A DNA stretch of 63,826 nucleotides, the filler included, from Bradymonadales bacterium (lineage in GTDB: Bacteria; Bdellovibrionota; UBA2394), in the NCBI GenBank assembly GCA_007693605.1. It is 6 parts of 5 records of this genome, joined end to end, with 100 filler letters (N's around TTAATTAATTAA, not from the genome) between each part and the next. Parts side by side here need not be neighbours in the genome. Positions count along the whole stretch, not along the records: positions 2,143 to 23,371 come from REDG01000045.1; 5 more parts are not named here. One strand, given 5' to 3'. The position numbers and the translations under genes were made by a program. A model generated the notes under the pieces. The model had not been told where the DNA came from, did not search any database, and saw only the letters and a list, made by a program, of their open reading frames with translations. Positions 7,148-14,336 of the stretch are shown here, in pieces. Position 1 is the first letter of the stretch. Each line of letters begins with the position of its first letter.

Positions 7148-9651
7148 GTGGTAAAGACTCATTTTTAGAACTCATCGGCTTAGACTCCGATGAGTTGGCA
7201 AAATCAGAGGCTTCGTCTTCGACGAAGACATCGTCTGTGACGGTGAAAGATATTGCTTTCGAGTCAGATCCCGATTCCGGCGAAGTGACGCAGCTCGATT
7301 CCTTTCAAGAAGACTCCTTTGCTGAGAGCCTTAGAAAGGAAGTCGAGGAGGCTGAGTTGAACCAAGACGAAGCCCCAGAATCGGACGACGAGGAAACAGT
7401 GAGTGAAGAGGCTTCTCAGTCGTTTAGTCAAGCCAGCTTCGTTGAAGATATTCTTGAAGAAAAGACGGAGCTCTTTTCTTCAGATGAAAAGCCCTTTGAG
7501 CCACAAGATCTGTATGCCGATGAGCTAGAGAATGCGAACACTCACTTTCGTTCTGGAAATTCTGAACCAAATCCCCAAGACGAAGAAGATTCTCGGACCG
7601 GTCTTCTGACAAAAGAAGACGCCTTGTTAGAGGGTTTGGAAGAGGCCGAGTATTCGAGAGCGACGGATTTGTTTGTTGTAAAGTCGAAGGCGGAGGGTGA
7701 GGAAGAAGCCCGTAAGACCGAGGCCATTTTGGGGGCGCTCGAAGAATTTGATGATCCTGCCGAAGACCCCCTAGAGGAGCTCTTAAGTGAAGAGTCGGCC
7801 TCTCAATCGACGAAGAGCATCTTGTATGAAGCGGAAGAAGCTCCACAGCAAAGAAGCTTTGTAGAGGGACGGGACTCGGTTTTTGAGCCCACGATTGAGC
7901 TGGAGGCAAGCTCTGGTTCTGCCAACGCAACGATCGCAAGCGCAAGATCAGAAGACACCGGTCGCCAGACCATGGCCTTTCAGTACCAGGACGAATCCGA
8001 AGCTTACGGAAGAATCATTGTCTTAGAAGGCGGGGCCAATCTCGACGAGTTAATTTTCCAAGAATTTCCTATCCGAGTCGGCAGGGGCTCTGAGAATGAT
8101 CTGATTTTAGAGGACGACAACTCAAGTCGATTTCATTGTGAGTTTCAAGATCGTGAGGGCGAGCTCTGGGTACAAGATCTTGGCAGCACCAACGGTCTCA
8201 AAGTGAACGGAGCTTTGACGACAGAGCACAAAATTGAGCACGGCGATTTGATTCAAATCGGAGAGGTTTTGATCGAATTTGTTGCGGCGGGCGAGTCTCC
8301 CCAAGGCGGGCGAGCGGCGACCCAGGAAGCACGAACTCAGATTGGAAAATCAAATCGAAGAGTTAAGAAGAAAAGGCTGAGATTGGTGATGACGGCCGGA
8401 GCCTTTTTGATTGCGGCGGGGCTTTTCGCTTGGTCTCAAATGGGGGGTTTCGATCTACAAAGAGTGACGACAGAGTATCTTGCGACGAATTTGAAAGAAG
8501 AGATGTTTTCACTTCAGAGAGAATTTCCGGAGGCTTCGTTTGAAAGTCTTCAGGCTGAAGATCTCAAAGTTCGGGCTTTAGAAAGAGCAAGGGCCCATCC
8601 GGTATTGAATCAGGTTGTGGATCGGCTCGAAACTTTTCCTGCTGATTATTTTGTTTTGTTTCTTTCTGACCCAGAGGCCTTAGAAGCCTTTGTGGCGACC
8701 GGAGGCGATTCAGGCGTTTTAATGGCTAGCCTTCGATCGCAACTGAACGGAGCCATTCATCGCCGAGAGAGACAGCAAGCGGGACGATTGTTTCAATTGT
8801 GGCGAATGATCGAGCCCGAGAATTCAGAGCGAGATCGGTTGCAGTCAGACTTTGAGGCTGAGTTTCGATTTGTCGAGACTCCAGAGGCTCCGGTGGTCAC
8901 TCAAGAAGAGAAAGATTTCGTATTGGGAATTCTGCGACAGCATCAAGAAACCTATGAGGAGCTTCTTCGCAATCAGCAGTTTGCGACGGCAGCGGATATG
9001 GCAGAAGATGTGATCTCTCGAATTCTTCAAGTGATTCGAGATTTTCCGCACTATGCCGACTTTGCTGAGCCTATGATTGCAAACTGGAAAGCAAAGTCGG
9101 CTCAAGCCAAGAGACAGCAAGAAGCCAAGGAGCAAGAGCGGCAAGAGTTTCAAGAGGTACTGGTTGAGGGCCGGTCTTCCCTTCGACAGGTTCGAGCATT
9201 GATGGATGAGGGGCGAGCCTATGAGGCCAAGCAAATGATCGAGAGTTTTCTATCTGAATTTGAAGAACACCCCGATCGATCTATTGCCGAAGATTATCGT
9301 CGACAAATTCAAGAGGTGATTGACCAGACATTCAGAGCCTTAAGGCGAGAAATTGAAGGGCATATTCGAACTCAAAACTTCGGTCTCGCCTGGGAGAGGG
9401 TTTATACTTATCTCGATCAACTACCAAAGCACTCGGGGGCTTTGGAGTTGCGGCAAGAGCTATTGAAGGTGACTTATAATCGGGCCAGACAGTTTTACAA
9501 TCAGGGCCGTGTCTTTGAGTTCGAGGCCGACGATTTAATTTCAGCCGAGCAATATTATAAGAGGACTTTAGAGGCAGCAGACCCTCGAGGGGAACTCGCC
9601 GCTCGGGCCCATCGCCGTTATAACGAGGTTTTGAGAAAGAAGCTGCAGTAA
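7144..9651 (+). CDS. FHA-domain protein with long acidic N-terminus, TM and helical/TPR-like periplasmic domain
   Basis: VGRGSEND...SSRFHC...DLGSTNG; TM after KKKRLR; GTGA overlap with the upstream gene. Confidence 0.82.
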   Translation: MSGKDSFLELIGLDSDELAKSEASSSTKTSSVTVKDIAFESDPDSGEVTQLDSFQEDSFAESLRKEVEEAELNQDEAPESDDEETVSEEASQSFSQASFVEDILEEKTELFSSDEKPFEPQDLYADELENANTHFRSGNSEPNPQDEEDSRTGLLTKEDALLEGLEEAEYSRATDLFVVKSKAEGEEEARKTEAILGALEEFDDPAEDPLEELLSEESASQSTKSILYEAEEAPQQRSFVEGRDSVFEPTIELEASSGSANATIASARSEDTGRQTMAFQYQDESEAYGRIIVLEGGANLDELIFQEFPIRVGRGSENDLILEDDNSSRFHCEFQDREGELWVQDLGSTNGLKVNGALTTEHKIEHGDLIQIGEVLIEFVAAGESPQGGRAATQEARTQIGKSNRRVKKKRLRLVMTAGAFLIAAGLFAWSQMGGFDLQRVTTEYLATNLKEEMFSLQREFPEASFESLQAEDLKVRALERARAHPVLNQVVDRLETFPADYFVLFLSDPEALEAFVATGGDSGVLMASLRSQLNGAIHRRERQQAGRLFQLWRMIEPENSERDRLQSDFEAEFRFVETPEAPVVTQEEKDFVLGILRQHQETYEELLRNQQFATAADMAEDVISRILQVIRDFPHYADFAEPMIANWKAKSAQAKRQQEAKEQERQEFQEVLVEGRSSLRQVRALMDEGRAYEAKQMIESFLSEFEEHPDRSIAEDYRRQIQEVIDQTFRALRREIEGHIRTQNFGLAWERVYTYLDQLPKHSGALELRQELLKVTYNRARQFYNQGRVFEFEADDLISAEQYYKRTLEAADPRGELAARAHRRYNEVLRKKLQ

Positions 9652-9675
9652 GCTCTCCTCTCATGAACCCCCCAT

Positions 9676-9799
9676 GGGAGTGTCGCTAAGGGCCCATCTG
9701 CTTCGGCGGCTCCGTCGCTGCGCTTCTCGAGTGGCATTTTAACCACACTGCGATGCTCGCTTCTTGCCTTCTCGCATCTGAACCCTTATCGCGACTCCC
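9676..9799. repeat. ~125-bp MITE/REP-like intergenic element, copy 1
   Basis: Imperfect terminal inverted repeats GGGAGTGTCGCTAAGGG / CCCTTATCGCGACTCCC. The core recurs near-identically at 54254-54303. Confidence 0.7.
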
Positions 9800-10057
9800 G
9801 AATCGAGAGTTTGGAGACAAGCCGCTCAAGCCGAGAGGAATGCGAGCGTTCCGGGATCGCGCTAGTCTGGCACTTTCGTCTCCCGACCCCAACCTGCTAT
9901 GCAATTTGTTTCGTAGTTTCAGAGGGGAAATACGCTGAAATCTGCACAGCAAGAGGCTTTGCGAGCCTGTGGAAAGAGGGCCCTCTTGCAAATAACTGAA
10001 AATACTAGGTTTTTTCAGCCCCTGTGGAAGACTATTCACAGCGCGGGCTGTCAAAGC

Positions 10058-10074
10058 GAGGCATCAAAATTGCA
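10058..10074 (+). promoter_or_regulatory. Putative sigma54 (-24/-12) promoter
   Basis: GAGGCATCAAAATTGCA gives GG-N10-GC with TTGCA. It is followed by RBS GGAGA and ATG 10105. Confidence 0.5.
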
Positions 10075-10104
10075 ACAAATTTTGTCATGTCTGGAGAAAA
10101 GCTC

Positions 10105-11610
10105 ATGCGAAGGCGCAAAGACAGAATTCAGATCAGTGATTTGATGCCCAAGGCCTCTCTGCCCATATTGATGATGGCGACTTTGGTCTTGAGTGCTTGT
10201 GATCCGGAGGAGCAAGAATCTACTTTTGCTCAGGGGGAACTCACGCCCGGAAACTCTAGTGTCGAGACTCAGAGAAGGCAAGCAGACATTGTTCGCGGGC
10301 TTGAAGACAACCGAGCGGGTCATCGTCTACAGGAAATTGCAGCAACGGGAGAGCAGGATCGAATGCGAGCGGAAATTGCACGCGATCAAGCGGTCGCAAA
10401 GGCAGAAATTAGAGGCGATGCGGATAGACATGTCTCCGACAATGATCGACTGGCACGAGAGAGTACGGCGAAAACGGCGGCGGATGCGCGCAAAAAAGAG
10501 GCAATATACCATTCACTCGCTGGTGGTGCTGAGGCGGTCCTTGGGGTCGTCGCTGGTCATCTGGATGGTAACACCAGAAAAGAAATTGCTAGAATTCAGG
10601 CCACGGCTGGTGCAGAAGCCATGGCAAAGAGACAGGAAATCGCTGAGCTTGAGCAGGATATTCGTGACTTAGATGCCAACATCGACAAGCAAGAGGATCT
10701 AGAGAGAACGGTGGCACAACTTCGGCCTGGGATGGAGAAGGCTGACTATGACCGAGTTCTTGATCGGGCAAGCCAGTCAGGTCTCATTTCTTTGGAAGAT
10801 CGAGACGAATTGGAATCATGGCGAGGTTTGGATCCGGGAGCTTTTGAAAGCGCCAAGCGAGCCGCTAGTCAGGAGTTTACTCGTCGGATTCGTGAACGAC
10901 AGGCGCAAAGAGAAGGTCTTGTGCAAGCCTACGAGAAGCTGACTGGTAGGGATCTAAGAGAAAGGCAAAGCTTAGAAGATGGAATTCCAGTCTTTCCCCC
11001 TCCACAAGCGCCGGGTGATACCGAAAGTTTTGTACCCAGTGCTGAACAAAATCAAAGTCCACTTTGTCAACGGGCTGAAGGCCAAGCCGGATCTGTTGAT
11101 GAGGCTTGTCGGGAACTAAATAATAATTTTGAGAAGATGGCGAAGAACGCGAATACTTTAATCAAGAATAGTAAACTAGGCACTCCGCAGCAAAATTTTC
11201 CGAAGGCAAAAGGTGGGTTACTAGAAGCGCTTCAAACACAGAAAGAAGCACTTAAGAAAATGAATACAGATGATGATCCAGAGAAAATGAATACAGATGA
11301 TGATCCAGCCATGAATTCTCGGATTGCTGGGGCTATTGCCGCGATTAATCAAGAAATTAAAACGGTCCGCGCTATCGAAGCGCTTAAGGATTTTCAAAGT
11401 CACCTGGGTTCATCTGGTGAATACTACCAGAGTATTCTTTCTAGATATCAAAGTCAAGATGATGTTGTGGCCATCATTGAGGATAGGAATGGGGTTTCGA
11501 TGTATCAAGTGGCTGGAATATCGTCACCACATCCTGAGAATTATAGTATTGAAGGGATCTCTCCTGTTAACCCGAGCTCGTTTTACTGTCCTCTAGGAAG
11601 CAACTGCTAG
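10105..11610 (+). CDS. Orphan coiled-coil lipoprotein
   Basis: Basic N-terminus, hydrophobic stretch and lipobox LVLSA-C. Start moved from 10024 to ATG 10105 because of the RBS and promoter. Confidence 0.7.
   Translation: MRRRKDRIQISDLMPKASLPILMMATLVLSACDPEEQESTFAQGELTPGNSSVETQRRQADIVRGLEDNRAGHRLQEIAATGEQDRMRAEIARDQAVAKAEIRGDADRHVSDNDRLARESTAKTAADARKKEAIYHSLAGGAEAVLGVVAGHLDGNTRKEIARIQATAGAEAMAKRQEIAELEQDIRDLDANIDKQEDLERTVAQLRPGMEKADYDRVLDRASQSGLISLEDRDELESWRGLDPGAFESAKRAASQEFTRRIRERQAQREGLVQAYEKLTGRDLRERQSLEDGIPVFPPPQAPGDTESFVPSAEQNQSPLCQRAEGQAGSVDEACRELNNNFEKMAKNANTLIKNSKLGTPQQNFPKAKGGLLEALQTQKEALKKMNTDDDPEKMNTDDDPAMNSRIAGAIAAINQEIKTVRAIEALKDFQSHLGSSGEYYQSILSRYQSQDDVVAIIEDRNGVSMYQVAGISSPHPENYSIEGISPVNPSSFYCPLGSNC
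11255..11308 (+). repeat. Perfect in-frame 27-nt tandem duplication
   Basis: AGAAAATGAATACAGATGATGATCCAG x2, encoding KMNTDDDP(E/A). Confidence 0.95.
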
Positions 11611-11727
11611 TTGAGATTCAACGACTCAAGTCTCTTTCGATTGGCATCATTCCCAGTCTTTAGACATAGCTAAACTTTTCATAGGGGCTCTGTAGTCCGC
11701 ATTAAATCAATAGCTGCGGGTAAGTTT

Positions 11728-11744
11728 TTGGAACGAAGTTTGCA
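11728..11744 (+). promoter_or_regulatory. Putative sigma54 (-24/-12) promoter for the flp/tad operon
   Basis: TTGGAACGAAGTTTGCA gives TGG-N10-GC, close to the consensus TGGCACGnnnnTTGCA. Confidence 0.55.
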
Positions 11745-11758
11745 ATAGATGGGGGTGT

Positions 11759-11989
11759 ATGAAGAGTCTTCGAAATAGAGACATTCTGAAGCGAAACTCG
11801 AAGCGAGCACAGACCTTGATTGAATACAGCCTACTTATTCTTGTGCTGATTCTACCCTTGGCCTTTTCTCTTCGAGAGCTTCTTCAGGATTCTCAAGAAG
11901 ACTCTCCAGACAACTTGATCTACCAAGCCACCACCACGAGCTTTGGCGATCGAGAGCGATTTGGAACGGTGGGCCGACCCTACCCCTAA
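11759..11989 (+). CDS. flp: Flp-type (type IVb/c) pilin
   Basis: Basic leader, KRA|QTLIEY, then a hydrophobic helix; 76 aa. Confidence 0.8.
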   Translation: MKSLRNRDILKRNSKRAQTLIEYSLLILVLILPLAFSLRELLQDSQEDSPDNLIYQATTTSFGDRERFGTVGRPYP

Positions 11990-12037
11990 ATCAACAAAAG
12001 AAAATGAAAAGACCAATAAACGAAGGAGAAATCTCAA

Positions 12038-12256
12038 ATGAAACGAATCAACGGAATTCTTAATCGACTCAATCGAAGAAAAGGCCTGAAGGCTCAAACC
12101 GCCCTCGAGTACGCTCTCGTTGTGGGTGCTATTTCTTTGGTTCTCATGTTCGCCTGGAACCAAGTCGGCGATACGGTCCGAAACGCCATTATGGGCGATA
12201 TGCAAGACCGAATTGAACAAAACCTAACCAGAGGAAACGCAACAGTAGAGAGGTAA
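12038..12256 (+). CDS. flp: Flp-type pilin, probable major subunit
   Basis: LKA|QTALEYALVVGAISLVL; strong RBS AAGGAG; followed by two hairpins. Confidence 0.88.
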   Translation: MKRINGILNRLNRRKGLKAQTALEYALVVGAISLVLMFAWNQVGDTVRNAIMGDMQDRIEQNLTRGNATVER

Positions 12257-12300
12257 TTCTACCTCTACTGCAGCGATAGCTCAGAGGTGAAAGCACCTCT
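12243..12300 (+). terminator. Two stem-loops after the second flp (mRNA-stabilising or partial terminator)
   Basis: CAGTAGAG...CTCTACTG (12243-12270) and AGAGGTG-AAAG-CACCTCT (12283-12300); no clear U-tract. Confidence 0.45.
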
Positions 12301-12312
12301 ATAAAGTTTGCT

Positions 12313-13044
12313 GTGAAAAGACGACTCCTTCGTCAGGCAAAGAGACGAAAGCCGCTTCGAGGCCAAACGGTGGTGGAGACGGCTTTCGTCTTTACTTTAA
12401 TGCTCTTTCTCGCGCTTGCCGCGGTGAATCTGGGCACGACCGCCCACACCAACTTTATTGCGAACTACGCCGGATTTATGGCCGCTCGAAGTTTTCAGGT
12501 TTATGGCGTCGGCACGGGCGCAGACTTTTTTGACGAGGCGGATTTTGGCCAACTTCTCGATTCAGAAGTGACGGCCACCACCATTCGAGTGGCAGAAGAT
12601 ATTTTTACCTGCTCCCTTCCCTGGGTGTCTCCGCCTGACAACGACATCATCAACCCCGGAGATGATTCTCAGACATTTTCAAGATGCCATGAAGGCAATC
12701 GGCGTTACGAAAACACTAACATTGATCGTCGCTTTCGAGTTCTTCGCTTTGATCAACAGCAAAGAACAGAGTTTGAAGAAGTGGCCAGCTCCTACCGAGA
12801 AGAAGATCGGGCTCCGCTTCGCTACGGGATTCTTAGACTAAGATACAAACGAAGCCTTTTGCTCAACCCCTTTGGAATTTTTGACGGAATGAGAAATATT
12901 GATGGCGAACAAGTTTTTGTAGACGACGAGTTTCGAACTCGAATGTGGCACAGTCTTCATGTACCACTTCTGTTGAACCCCGGACTTGACACCGGCGAGC
13001 TTCGACAGGCTCAAGGTCAAGACTCCACGGTGGAGGATCAATAG
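12313..13044 (+). CDS. TadE-like minor pilin
   Basis: LRG|QTVVETAFVFTLMLFL...ANYAGFMAARS. Confidence 0.78.
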   Translation: MKRRLLRQAKRRKPLRGQTVVETAFVFTLMLFLALAAVNLGTTAHTNFIANYAGFMAARSFQVYGVGTGADFFDEADFGQLLDSEVTATTIRVAEDIFTCSLPWVSPPDNDIINPGDDSQTFSRCHEGNRRYENTNIDRRFRVLRFDQQQRTEFEEVASSYREEDRAPLRYGILRLRYKRSLLLNPFGIFDGMRNIDGEQVFVDDEFRTRMWHSLHVPLLLNPGLDTGELRQAQGQDSTVEDQ

Positions 13045-13045
13045 A

Positions 13046-14311
13046 ATGAAGGCCTATCTTTTTCACACTAGACAAAGAGGCCAGCGAGCGGTGGCGATGG
13101 TTTTCTTCTTGCTCGTTTTTGGTTTGACCTTGAGTTTTACGATGGTCGTTTTTAATACGGGCCTTATTGTCCATCAGAAAATTCGGCTGCAAACAGCAAC
13201 CGACCTAGCGGCCTACGCGGGGGCTAGTGTTCAAGCTTCTTATCTTGGCAATGAAAGTTCTGGACAAGAATCTCTGACGGCCATCAACGATCGAATCGTG
13301 CGCCGTTATATTCGCTTGCTTGAAGAGATCAACGATCATCCCAATCGAGTGATTCCCGCTCCTCCCATTATTCCTGCGAGTCAGGCCGCTTGTATGGCCG
13401 CCTGTGCTGCGGCAAATCTCGCCGTGGCAAATCGGGCGCTATCCATCTATCGACGGGCCCTCTCTGATATCGATGAAGAACACATCCGCGTTCGCCGAAT
13501 GTTAGAGCAGCTTCCTTCAGCGATTCGAGAAGCCATGGAAACAACCGTGGCTTTAAATATTCCTGAACTCAGCTTAGAAGACGGCCCCTTTGGTGGTGCG
13601 ACCAACGACCTCACAGAAATCATCGACCAGCCCCTACAGAATTTTTCAGCAGATCCACGAAACATCAATCTCTCGTTTCACTCGGACAAGGCCTTCTATC
13701 TCGCCAATATCGTGGCGGGCGTTCCGCATCGCTTGGTGTATTTTGGTCCGAACTGCGCGAATATGAATCGAGGCCTCGATCGACCTCCCGTCTATTACTG
13801 TACCGTCAACGGCCAAGGCGGCCAGGGGACAGCAATGGGATTTCAGGCGGCTGTCTCTGCTTTGGCGCTTGCCATGAACGGGATTGGAAATTTGGGAAGT
13901 CTAGAATCCATCGCATCCCCCAACTCGAGAGCCATCAAGCTTCAGTTTATTGAAGACCCCCATCGCCCCAGCCCCTTTGTGGTGGCTGCGACGGAATGGT
14001 TTCCAAAAACCGGAGGCCTCATGAATCTCGAAAAAAGCTTTGGTGCGCGCGGCAAGTTGATTCCAGACCACACCCGACTAGGCGCAATTTCAGCAGCTGA
14101 ACCTTTTGGGGGCTATCTGGCCAATCAGCAGGTACTTCCATTTGGAGTGAGGCTTCAAGCGATTCGAAAACTTCTTCTCGACCCGAGAATGTTGGCCGCT
14201 CGCGAAGATTTTGGAGGTCTCTACGATTATATGGAATATGTCGGACCCAAAGATGAGCGAGGAGAGAGCATCGAGAGTGCTGAAGAAACGATTTTAAGAT
14301 TTCTTCACTAA
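13046..14311 (+). CDS. TadG-like (Tad domain) minor pilin
   Basis: QRG|QRAVAMVFFLLVFG...NTGLIVHQKIRLQTATDLAAYAGA is a Tad N-terminal signature. Start set at ATG 13046. Confidence 0.78.
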   Translation: MKAYLFHTRQRGQRAVAMVFFLLVFGLTLSFTMVVFNTGLIVHQKIRLQTATDLAAYAGASVQASYLGNESSGQESLTAINDRIVRRYIRLLEEINDHPNRVIPAPPIIPASQAACMAACAAANLAVANRALSIYRRALSDIDEEHIRVRRMLEQLPSAIREAMETTVALNIPELSLEDGPFGGATNDLTEIIDQPLQNFSADPRNINLSFHSDKAFYLANIVAGVPHRLVYFGPNCANMNRGLDRPPVYYCTVNGQGGQGTAMGFQAAVSALALAMNGIGNLGSLESIASPNSRAIKLQFIEDPHRPSPFVVAATEWFPKTGGLMNLEKSFGARGKLIPDHTRLGAISAAEPFGGYLANQQVLPFGVRLQAIRKLLLDPRMLAAREDFGGLYDYMEYVGPKDERGESIESAEETILRFLH

Positions 14312-14336
14312 GAGTTTTGAGTCGGTTGCGAGTGTT

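Noticed and set aside
9867..9884. CTGGCAC as a third sigma54 site
   Set aside because: There is no GC at the required -12 spacing.
9686..10054. Short ORFs across the 9652-10104 intergenic region
   Set aside because: They run through the repeat element and promoter region and show no protein features.
12271..12300. GCGATAGCTCAGAGGTGAAAGCA resembling a tRNA 5' half
   Set aside because: No anticodon arm, T-arm or acceptor complement follows. It is better explained as a simple hairpin.
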